A stretch of 30,346 bases of DNA, from the NCBI GenBank assembly GCA_029862885.1, contig JAOTWM010000012.1:1-30346 (forward strand). The letters run 5' to 3'. The notes under the pieces are model-generated. The model ran no database searches. It worked only from the letters and a program-made list of their open reading frames with translations, and was not told the origin of the DNA. This document shows, one piece after another, positions 16,691-24,858 of the stretch; within the stretch, counting starts at the first letter, position 1, and each line of letters starts with the position of its first letter. This stretch comes from Gammaproteobacteria bacterium (GTDB taxonomy: Bacteria; Pseudomonadota; Gammaproteobacteria; Arenicellales; JAOTWM01). The translations under genes and the position numbers were made by a program.

Positions 16691-16978
16691 CTTGAACCAG
16701 GAGCACGACTTTACCGTCCAAATCCAATGACATACATAGTTATAGAATTGACCGCTGTGAGTATACAGCGGAAGTATACAAAGTTATCAGAAATGGCCGC
16801 TTTTGAGGTTATTGGAAACTTGTTTGTTGTCTGGTCAATTTAGAACATAACTTTTGTTCTGCTAGATCAAGTTACAACCTTTACACTTAATTTGCCTAAA
16901 TTCGTAGCATCTCTTAATGCATGCCGTACTTTCAACTAGTGGCTGTACGTTCCTTTATCCGCTACGTCGAGAGCTTGT

Positions 16979-18223
16979 TTACGCAAGGGGTTCGCGATTC
17001 ACGCCTTTTTTGATTCGCTCCCGCGTGCCCTCACGATTTCGATTCTGAAACTCGGCGTCGGTTCTCGCGGCCGCATCGCTAAGTCGAAGGTGAACAAACC
17101 GCGGTCCTACTTGACCCTCTTGTTCGATCGCACTAAGCCGCGCCTCCATTCCCTGGATCTTGACGGCTTGATGAGGTTGGCATTCGTAAATCGCGCTGAT
17201 GTCCGACGTTTCAAGATGCAGAACACCCTTGTCATGCGCTTCCTTCATTAACTCATCGCCTTTGTTGGTGCGGCTAATAAACAGATTCCAGCCGCCCCAT
17301 TCTTCCTCGCTCGGCCCGCCGCCGGGCCATGCATCCGCCACCGAGATGTCGGTCATCTCTCCGGTGGGATCAGGGCAAATTTTGCAGCGAAACTGGTGGG
17401 TCCAGCCCCATGGCCCGTACCAGAAATCGCGATAGGCCTCGTCGACCGCACGGCCATCCTTGGTTTCGGCATGGGTAGGCCCGGGGCACCCATAGCCGCG
17501 ATACCGAAACAGGCTGACTTCGTCCTCGCTCGCGATGCCGTTACGGTGCAGCATCGCGTGCGAACAATTTAAATCCGCAAACGTACCGCACGAAAACGCG
17601 AGCGTGTAGGCCACTAAATCGTCGACCCGAGGATCGAGCTTGCACATATTGTGGACGGCTGAGATGTCGCATGGCTTGCCGATTACGGCAAAGCGCTTTC
17701 CGCGATCCAGCAGCTGCTTGAAATCAACCAATGGCGCGGCCGGGCCATAACGCGAACCGGTCGCTTCCACAACCTGGGCGCGGTCAAAGCTAAGGTGACG
17801 GACCGATCGCATCGGCTGTTCGGTGGAAGCCGCAACGTGCAGTATAAAATCGACCTTCCCGGATTCGAGTAAATAGATGCCGAGCGCGGTTAAAGCGCCG
17901 CCAGATGAAGCGACATGATGGATGTATGGGTCCGACGCGTGGCCGCGCCACACATTGATCCAGGGACCAAACACCGTGTCGATCTCGGCTTGTGGATGTG
18001 TTCGTGCATCCATGGGTTGATCAATCGTCACGCCGGGGCAAGCCCGAATAATCTCCTGCTCCGTGCTCGAGTCAAGCGGCTGAAGGATTTTCGGCCGCAG
18101 CCGTCCCGGTGGATCGACCATCACCATAGACACCCGATCTGGCCCAGCCATCGATTCACATAAACCGCAGCCGATGCACAATCCGTTGGTTACGATATCT
18201 GCCAGCGATTGAGGGTGCCGCAT
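16979..18223 (-). CDS. Coenzyme F420 hydrogenase/dehydrogenase beta-subunit (FrhB/FdhB)-like Fe-S flavoprotein
   Basis: N-terminal CIGCGLCES 4Fe-4S-type motif, then a long FrhB_FdhB-like body. The ATG at 18223 has AGGAG 7 nt upstream; the tracker's start at 18304 is rejected. Confidence 0.75.
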   Translation of the reverse strand: MRHPQSLADIVTNGLCIGCGLCESMAGPDRVSMVMVDPPGRLRPKILQPLDSSTEQEIIRACPGVTIDQPMDARTHPQAEIDTVFGPWINVWRGHASDPYIHHVASSGGALTALGIYLLESGKVDFILHVAASTEQPMRSVRHLSFDRAQVVEATGSRYGPAAPLVDFKQLLDRGKRFAVIGKPCDISAVHNMCKLDPRVDDLVAYTLAFSCGTFADLNCSHAMLHRNGIASEDEVSLFRYRGYGCPGPTHAETKDGRAVDEAYRDFWYGPWGWTHQFRCKICPDPTGEMTDISVADAWPGGGPSEEEWGGWNLFISRTNKGDELMKEAHDKGVLHLETSDISAIYECQPHQAVKIQGMEARLSAIEQEGQVGPRFVHLRLSDAAARTDAEFQNRNREGTRERIKKGVNREPLA

Positions 18224-18377
18224 AACGCTACTCCTGTTGGAGTCGATGATGGTATGCATCGGCATACATTGCTGTAAAGCGTATCGGGCATCATTTCTCT
18301 TCACGGCACTGCCTCATCCTTGTACCATCCCTGCTCACCCCTCAACAATGATTGAGAGCGATAATGGGTATTTGGCT

Positions 18378-20825
18378 ATGAAATCACATGCGCGTGTAGT
18401 GGTAGTCGGCGGCGGCTGCGTCGGCGCCAATATACTTTATCACTTGAGTAAACGCGGCTGGACCGACGTGGTGTTGCTCGAGCGCACAGAACTGACGGCT
18501 GGGTCGACTTGGCATGCGGCGGGTCTGATTCCTTTGTACAGTTTCAGTCATAGTTTCGGCCGTATGATTGCGCGCAGCATCGAGCTATACGAGGCGCTCG
18601 AAGCCGAAACCGGTCAGCCGGTGGGCTGGCATAAATGCGGTCAACTGCGGGTGGCGAATTCTCGTGAGCGGATGGATGAGTATCTGAATTATATGAGCCT
18701 TGCCGAAACACAAGGAATTCATGCCGAAATCGTCTCGCCGCAGCGTGTGCACGAGTTGTGGCCGATGTTGGCGGAGAACAAGAATTTGCTCGGCGCGTTA
18801 TATCATCCGGATGATGGGCATATCGCACCGGCCGATGTCACCCAGTCGGTCGCTAAGGGTGCACGCGATAACGGTGCAAGCATTCACCGCAATACCGAAG
18901 TAACCGGTTTCGAGTGTCTGCCCGGTGGCGAGTGGAAAGTCAAAACGAATAACGGCGACATCGTTTGCGAGCATATCGTCACGGCCACCGGAAATTACGT
19001 GCAGCAGACCGGGCGTATGATCGGTGTGTCGATACCGGCCTATCCCGTTTTACATCAGTACTGGGTGACCGAACCGGTCCCGGACCTCGAACGGCGTCAG
19101 GCCGACGGGTTGCCCGAGATGCCGGTATTACGCGATGAGACCATTAATGGCTATGTGCGGGAAGAGCGCAACAGCCTGATGTTCGGACCGTACGAGCGGC
19201 CGGATAAATTGGAGCACTTCGCCGAACACGGCGTTCCCGATTGGTTCGGAGCGGATTTACTGCCGGAGAACTTCGACTCGGTGGAGGCGAACTGGGAGGC
19301 CGTCACCCGGCTACTGCCGGTATTTAACGAAGTCGGCATCAAGAACAACGTGCGCGGCCCAATATGTGTGACCCCCGACAACCTGCCACTGGTCGGGCCT
19401 GCCGCGGGGTTGCGAAACTTTTGGCTGGCGGAAGGATTTTCAGGGGGCATTTTGGGCGGCGGCGGCGTCGGTGAGCAGATTGCGATCTGGATCATGGACG
19501 GCGAGCCCGAGATCGACTTGTCGGAAATAGACTCCCGCCGTTTCGGCGACTACGCCAATCACCAATGGACCGGTATGAAAAACAAGGAAGCGTTCGGACA
19601 TAACTTCGGCGTTCATTTTCCCGGTTACGAGTGGCCGGCGGCAAGGCCCTCGAAGACAGCACCATGTTACGATCGCCTGACCGCAAAGAATGCCGTTTGG
19701 GGGTCGGTGTACGGTTGGGAAACCCCTTTGTGGTATGCGCCTGAAGGTGTTGCCGCCAAAGATATCTATAGCTATCGCGAATTCAACTATTTTCCGTACG
19801 TCGGTGAGGAAGTACGAGCGGTTCGAAATGGCGCTGGTTTCTTCGAAATGACATCGATGGGTAAATACGAGATCTCGGGCTTGGGGGCGGAAGCCTGGTT
19901 GAATTCAATTCTTGCCAATCGTATGCCGGCGACGACGGGTCGCATTGCGCTGTGCCACCTGCTTACGCCGCGCGGTGGTGTGCGCGCGGAATTTACGGTG
20001 ACGCGATTAGCCAACGAGAGGTTTTATCTCGTCGGCACTCCGCGCGGCGAACGCCACGATTTTGATTGTTTGTCGCGCCTCGCGCCGAGTGACGGCAGTG
20101 TGGTATTGCGCAACGTCACATTGGAGCGAGGTTGTTTTACGATTGCCGGGCCGCTTGCACGCGACGTGTTGCAACCAATCACCGGCGCCGACTTGTCGAA
20201 CGACTCGTTTCCGTGGCTGACGGCGCAAACGACGACGGTAGGGTGGGCATCCGATGTACGCATGCTGCGGGTGAATTATGAAGGAGAGCTCGGGTGGGAG
20301 CTCTATCATCCGATCTGCCATCAGCTGCATTTGTTCGATGTGATATTCGAGGCTGGTCAAGCCCATGGTCTGCGTTTGGCCGGAAATCGCGCGATCGAAT
20401 CGCTGCGTCTGGATAAGTCCTATCGAGCGATGTATCGCGATCTAAACATCGAACACACGGCTTTGGAATCGGGGCTGGATCGGTTCATTCGTTTCGATAA
20501 GAATCAAGACTTCACCGGACGGGCCGCACTACTAAAACAACAACAGGACGGTTTGCGACGTCGTATGGTCACGCTTAAGGTGGATACCAAAGACGCCGAC
20601 GCTTATATGGGCGAAGGCGTGTACAACGGGGGCTCTCTGGTTGGGCGCGTGACGTCCGGGGCGCAATCGCACCACTTCGGCCATTGTATCTCGATGGCGT
20701 ATGTCGATGTTGATTTTGCGCAACCCGGTAGCGAATTGGAAATTCCGATTCTCGGCCAACGCCGTGCGGCCACCGTACTCGCCGATTCACCCTACGATCC
20801 ACAAAACCAGCGGCCGCGTACGTAA
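18378..20825 (+). CDS. Dimethylglycine/sarcosine dehydrogenase-family protein (FAD oxidoreductase plus GcvT aminomethyltransferase-like folate-binding domains)
   Basis: VVVVGGGCVGANILYHL Rossmann motif directly after the start. The C-terminal 400 aa has GcvT-like architecture. Alternative ATG at 18348. Confidence 0.85.
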   Translation: MKSHARVVVVGGGCVGANILYHLSKRGWTDVVLLERTELTAGSTWHAAGLIPLYSFSHSFGRMIARSIELYEALEAETGQPVGWHKCGQLRVANSRERMDEYLNYMSLAETQGIHAEIVSPQRVHELWPMLAENKNLLGALYHPDDGHIAPADVTQSVAKGARDNGASIHRNTEVTGFECLPGGEWKVKTNNGDIVCEHIVTATGNYVQQTGRMIGVSIPAYPVLHQYWVTEPVPDLERRQADGLPEMPVLRDETINGYVREERNSLMFGPYERPDKLEHFAEHGVPDWFGADLLPENFDSVEANWEAVTRLLPVFNEVGIKNNVRGPICVTPDNLPLVGPAAGLRNFWLAEGFSGGILGGGGVGEQIAIWIMDGEPEIDLSEIDSRRFGDYANHQWTGMKNKEAFGHNFGVHFPGYEWPAARPSKTAPCYDRLTAKNAVWGSVYGWETPLWYAPEGVAAKDIYSYREFNYFPYVGEEVRAVRNGAGFFEMTSMGKYEISGLGAEAWLNSILANRMPATTGRIALCHLLTPRGGVRAEFTVTRLANERFYLVGTPRGERHDFDCLSRLAPSDGSVVLRNVTLERGCFTIAGPLARDVLQPITGADLSNDSFPWLTAQTTTVGWASDVRMLRVNYEGELGWELYHPICHQLHLFDVIFEAGQAHGLRLAGNRAIESLRLDKSYRAMYRDLNIEHTALESGLDRFIRFDKNQDFTGRAALLKQQQDGLRRRMVTLKVDTKDADAYMGEGVYNGGSLVGRVTSGAQSHHFGHCISMAYVDVDFAQPGSELEIPILGQRRAATVLADSPYDPQNQRPRT

Positions 20826-20906
20826 CTGTGGGCCGGCGGGTCTGCAAAATTATCCGTCGACCCGGCGGCGATGTTTGAGTATCGGGCAAAATAAAGCACC
20901 GACCCA

Positions 20907-21665
20907 ATGTATAAAACCTGTCCAAAATGTCGTTATAAGCGCCAACCGACGGATGTGGCATCAGACGACGAATGCCCGCGTTGTGGGCTTATATTTTCCA
21001 AATGGATGGATGCGCGTTTCGCAATGGCCAGGCTTCCTGCGGAGGAATCGGCCGGTGTCGCCACGCAATTATGGGAGCGGCTTATCGCGAGCGCATTCTA
21101 TGTTCCATCGCGTGTGGACGGCGTCGTATTTGCGGGGCGTGTGGTTATTTATATCGTGTTTTTTGTGTGGGGTTGGAGTTTCATATTCGCCACGATGGAG
21201 AGCAACGAGATCGGCCGGTCGTTTATGCACAACATCGACCTCGTTTTCCACGAAGCTGGACACGTGGTGTTTCGGCCGTTCGGCCGGTTCCTTATGATCC
21301 TGGGTGGCAGTTTGGGGCAGCTCTTGATGCCTGCCATCGCGATGTTGGTGTTGCTATGGAAGAACCGCGACCCATTCGGTGCTTCAATCGGTTTGTGGTG
21401 GTTGGCGCAGAGCATGATGGACTTGGCGCCGTACATAAACGACGCGCGATCCGGTTCGTTGATGCTGTTGGGCGGTGTCACCGGCAGCGATATGCCGGGT
21501 ATCCACGATTGGCACAACATTCTCTCCGATCTCGGCATGTTGCAATACGATAATCGTATCGCTCGCATTACCGATACTTTCGGTGAAGTGCTTATGTTGG
21601 TTGCGTTTGTTTGGGGAGCATATATCCTCTTTCGGCAAAACAAAGTTCGAAGGCGATCCGCGTGA
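20907..21665 (+). CDS. Membrane protein with an N-terminal zinc ribbon (CPKC...CPRC) and an intramembrane HEAGH motif. Putative zincin-like metalloprotease.
   Basis: Paired CxxC at the N-terminus. Several TM helices. HExxH lies inside a hydrophobic segment, and a downstream DLAPY..D..SG motif is present. Confidence 0.65.
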   Translation: MYKTCPKCRYKRQPTDVASDDECPRCGLIFSKWMDARFAMARLPAEESAGVATQLWERLIASAFYVPSRVDGVVFAGRVVIYIVFFVWGWSFIFATMESNEIGRSFMHNIDLVFHEAGHVVFRPFGRFLMILGGSLGQLLMPAIAMLVLLWKNRDPFGASIGLWWLAQSMMDLAPYINDARSGSLMLLGGVTGSDMPGIHDWHNILSDLGMLQYDNRIARITDTFGEVLMLVAFVWGAYILFRQNKVRRRSA

Positions 21666-21704
21666 CAGCAAACGTTGATTTGTAATTGAACTTAAATTGA
21701 TACG

Positions 21705-21741
21705 ATCTCATACTTGACATGAGATTTTGAATCTATACAAT
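21705..21741 (+). promoter_or_regulatory. Near-consensus sigma70 promoter TTGACA-16-TACAAT, overlapped by a 7-bp inverted repeat (ATCTCAT/ATGAGAT) that could be an operator.
   Basis: TTGACA at 21714-21719 and TACAAT at 21736-21741. The IR arms at 21705-21711 and 21719-21725 straddle the -35 box. Confidence 0.5.
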
Positions 21742-21951
21742 ACCGTGCCCCATGAGATACCAGAACTGCAAACAAGTCGTCATATCAAGCGCGCGGCCGT
21801 GCCACGCGTTGACGGATCGTGTCGCCCCGAGACTCGCGCAAGTCCCCGGTGTGGTACTCGATACGTCGAATCTACGAGATGGCGTGATGTAACCTGTTGG
21901 CGAATTTATCCGCTGATAGGTGCGTGAGCGTTGCCTACCAGCGGGCATAGA

Positions 21952-21983
21952 CCCTGGTTGGCGAGCGCTACCAGGGTTTTTTT
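21952..21983 (+). terminator. Rho-independent terminator: hairpin CCCTGGT-loop-ACCAGGG followed by TTTTTTT
   Basis: A 7-bp GC-rich stem with an 11-nt loop and a T7 run, read directly. It closes a roughly 235-nt unit that begins at the promoter above. Confidence 0.6.
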
Positions 21984-22130
21984 GTGTCCGGAGATTTGGT
22001 CCGGGTGCAATGACAGAGTTTGATGCGAGTCCGCGGAGGTTCTGCGGTATAGGTTCGGAATGCCTATCCGGTGCGCTGCTGCTAATCATCGCAATGCGTA
22101 TGCCGAGCCGTTCGCAGCGTATCGAACACC

Positions 22131-22204
22131 AGCGAGATAGCTCAGCTAGGTAGAGCAACCGACTCATAATCGGTCCGTCGCAGGTTCAACTCCTGCTCTC
22201 AATT
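22131..22204 (+). tRNA. tRNA-Met(CAT)-like sequence. The D, anticodon and T arms are canonical, but the 3' acceptor strand pairs at only 5 of 7 positions. Probable pseudo-tRNA or att-site-modified tRNA.
   Basis: TAGCTCAGCTAGGTAGAGC D-arm. Anticodon stem ACCGA/TCGGT with loop CTCATAA. T-arm GCAGG TTCAACT CCTGC. Acceptor 5' AGCGAGA versus 3' TCTCAAT, with no encoded CCA. Confidence 0.55.
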
Positions 22205-22634
22205 GCCTTTGAAGCAATCTTGGAAATGGCGAAAGCCTGAATTTGTAAGTGAAGGCCCCCGTGGTTGGCATTGTTTACGGTTGTATTCGAACGCAATGTG
22301 AATCACAGCGGCTGCCGGGCCGGATAACGCTAGTTGCGCCGGCTGGCGGCGTACACGACAGCATTATGTAGCGCGCAAATTCGAATTGCGCTCACTACAG
22401 GAAGTGTCGCTACGTATCGTTCTCGGGTGCGCTTAAGTCGAGCGCCGGCGGTATTTCGCGCGGTGGTCGTGGGGCCGGATCTAAATTAGCCAATGGCAAA
22501 TACGGACGTGAAAAATGAAATACTAGCCGAGTCGGTATTGGCGGCCTGTAACGGGAACCGAGTAAGAAATCGTCATGCGGCCGGTGGATTGTTTCCGCTG
22601 GATTAATCAAGCAACCTTAATAGGGATTAGGACA

Positions 22635-23780
22635 ATGTTTGGAATTAAGCGAGTGGTGGTTGCGCGACATGAGCGTGGCCTATTGATCAAAAATCGGAAC
22701 GTACAGGAAGTGGTGCAGCCGGGAAACTATTGGGTTTTCGGGCCACGGACTCGGATCGAGACTTATGAGATCACCGTGCCGGAATTCGAACACGAATTAA
22801 CGGCATTTATCGTAAAGGATCGACAGCACCCGGCGCGGCGTTATTTCGACGTCGTTGAAATCGGGGACCGGCAAGTGGGCTTGGTCTATAAGGACAACAA
22901 ACTGGCCGATGTGTTATCGCCGGGTAGCCGCCGGCTGTACTGGAAAGGAATCGTCGATGTGCGCGTGGAAATCATCGATATCGATGAAGACTACACCGTG
23001 CCGAAGCCGGTCGTGGCTTTGCTGGCGCGCCAGCGGCCGGGCGTGTTTCCGGCCCAAGTCAAGGATTTCATCTGCGTAGCGGAAGTGGCAGATAAGTTTG
23101 TCGGCATGCTAATCGTAGATGGAGAGCTGGTGAAGACCCTGCAGCCGGGTTTGCATGCATACTGGAAGTTCAACCGGCGCATCGGTGTCGAGCAAATCGA
23201 TTTACGCTTGCAGAGCATGGAAGTGTCGGGTCAGGAAATGCTCACCAAAGACAAGGTAAGTCTGCGTGTGAACTTGTCGGCAACCTACCAGGTGGCCGAT
23301 CCGGTCAAGGCACGTTCGACGTTTCACAACTTCGTTGAGCAGTTGTACCGCGAGTTGCAGTTTGCCGTGCGCCAGGCGATTGCAGCACGTACGCTGGATG
23401 CTCTTTTGGGAAACAAGGATGAGCTTGACCGCAGCGTCTGCGCAACCGTCCGCGCCAAGGTCGGCGCCCATGGTTTGGAAGTACACGGCGTTGGCATCAA
23501 GGATGTGATCCTGCCGGGCGACATGAAGACCATCCTCAACCAAGTGGTTGAGGCGGAGAAGGTCGCGCAGGCGAACGTGATCAAGCGACGTGAAGAGACC
23601 GCGGCAACGCGGTCGGCGCTCAACACGGCGCGTCTTATGGACGAGAACCCGACCTTGTTTCGTCTGAAGGAACTCGAAGTGCTCGAGAAGGTGACGGAGA
23701 AGGTCGACCGGCTCACTGTATTCGGTGGGCTCGAAGGAGTCATGCAAGACGTCGTGAAGATCAACGTGCGTTCCGATTGA
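22635..23780 (+). CDS. SPFH/Band-7 (stomatin-prohibitin-flotillin-HflK/C) domain protein
   Basis: Core ...LTKDKVSLRVNLSATYQV.DP.KA... followed by ...GVGIKDVILPGDMKTILNQVVEAEK.AQANVIKRREE coiled-coil region. The tracker's start at 22575 is possible. Confidence 0.8.
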   Translation: MFGIKRVVVARHERGLLIKNRNVQEVVQPGNYWVFGPRTRIETYEITVPEFEHELTAFIVKDRQHPARRYFDVVEIGDRQVGLVYKDNKLADVLSPGSRRLYWKGIVDVRVEIIDIDEDYTVPKPVVALLARQRPGVFPAQVKDFICVAEVADKFVGMLIVDGELVKTLQPGLHAYWKFNRRIGVEQIDLRLQSMEVSGQEMLTKDKVSLRVNLSATYQVADPVKARSTFHNFVEQLYRELQFAVRQAIAARTLDALLGNKDELDRSVCATVRAKVGAHGLEVHGVGIKDVILPGDMKTILNQVVEAEKVAQANVIKRREETAATRSALNTARLMDENPTLFRLKELEVLEKVTEKVDRLTVFGGLEGVMQDVVKINVRSD

Positions 23781-23864
23781 TAGGCGCACATGATCGGCAA
23801 CGATTTTAATTTGGAAGGTCCGGGCAATAGGGCCCGGGCCGCCCCACGTAACCTGAATAGCATA

Positions 23865-24839
23865 ATGAAACCGCAATTGGCTCGCGAGATCATTGCTTGT
23901 CTGCCCAAAGGTCGAACGCATTTTCGATACTTTAAGGATCGCTATGCGTTCTATTTGCTGGCGTACGCCACCGGCCGTGGCCGCTCAATTTCCGAACTTA
24001 AGCTTTCACCGGTTCGACGATTGCTCGATAAACCCAGCGTAAAACAACTTATTGCCCGTCACGGCGATAATGTAATAAATCGATCTGACTTACTAAACTC
24101 GTGGATTGAACCGTCCGAACCGTTTGTTTTGGGATTGGGTATCTGGAACGGCAGTTCAAAGCATTGGCGCAATGCTCAAATATCGCGGCGCGGGGCAAAC
24201 TTGGTTTTGCAGCTCAACTTCACTAATCAGCATCAGGCCGAGTATTACCGTTTAGTGAAACCCCGGTCGACTGGTTATCTAAATGGATACGGCCATCCTG
24301 TGTTACGGGCGGGGCCGGGAAAATTTCACCGCGACACCTTGGCTTGGGCACGAATCGACCTCGATTTCGGCGCCGACGAAGCATTAATCGAGGAGATCCA
24401 GTCCGACTGGATTCGCTATGCTGATTGGGATTTACGCCCCGTGTTGAAGTGTCGGTATCGGGCGCGCCAATGTGGGTTGTGCAAGAATATTGATGGCAAG
24501 AAGCGCGACATCGCTCACTATTTGGAGCACACCCTCAAGCCGTACCGGGAAATATGGATCGAGGCGATGCTCGCCGCCACCATCGAATTCATAGCGGACG
24601 AATTGGGAATCGGGGCGATCTACTACCATACCCAGCGTTCGGGAGCCGCCCTCAAAAATATCCATTCTGGTTACCGCCAGCCGCCTCGGTCGCTATATTC
24701 CGATCTACCCCGCAAATTTTGCTTCCAATCCACAAATCGTCCGCCGGAATTTCTAGGGGCCGGTCGACACGGCGCCGGCAAGGCCAATAAATATCCTTGG
24801 TATTTATTGAGAGTCGCTGCAGCAAATACCACTAGCTAA
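23865..24839 (+). CDS. Conserved hypothetical protein coupled to the SPFH gene. No recognizable family; possibly a nuclease-like D..D/EEIQ motif.
   Basis: Long ORF with GC-typical codon use starting 10 nt after the SPFH stop. N-terminus may be at 23790 or 23865. Confidence 0.55.
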   Translation: MKPQLAREIIACLPKGRTHFRYFKDRYAFYLLAYATGRGRSISELKLSPVRRLLDKPSVKQLIARHGDNVINRSDLLNSWIEPSEPFVLGLGIWNGSSKHWRNAQISRRGANLVLQLNFTNQHQAEYYRLVKPRSTGYLNGYGHPVLRAGPGKFHRDTLAWARIDLDFGADEALIEEIQSDWIRYADWDLRPVLKCRYRARQCGLCKNIDGKKRDIAHYLEHTLKPYREIWIEAMLAATIEFIADELGIGAIYYHTQRSGAALKNIHSGYRQPPRSLYSDLPRKFCFQSTNRPPEFLGAGRHGAGKANKYPWYLLRVAAANTTS

Positions 24840-24858
24840 ATTTGGCTCCAGCAAATTC

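Noticed and set aside
18224-18304. Longer FrhB-like start at 18304
   Set aside because: The ATG at 18223 is preceded by a perfect AGGAG at 7-nt spacing. The upstream extension would overlap the divergent promoter.
20532-21671. Multiple long overlapping ORFs (e.g. 20575..20961, 20972..21553, 21149..21643, 21384..21671) around the DMGDH 3' end and the zinc-ribbon membrane gene
   Set aside because: They are alternative-frame artefacts typical of GC-rich coding DNA. The zinc-ribbon frame (20907..21665) and the DMGDH frame carry the real motifs.
21733-22167. 144-aa minus-strand ORF covering the promoter/terminator unit and the tRNA-like sequence
   Set aside because: It overlaps a tRNA-like structure and an intrinsic terminator, has no RBS, and its translation is Arg/Ser/Pro-rich noise.
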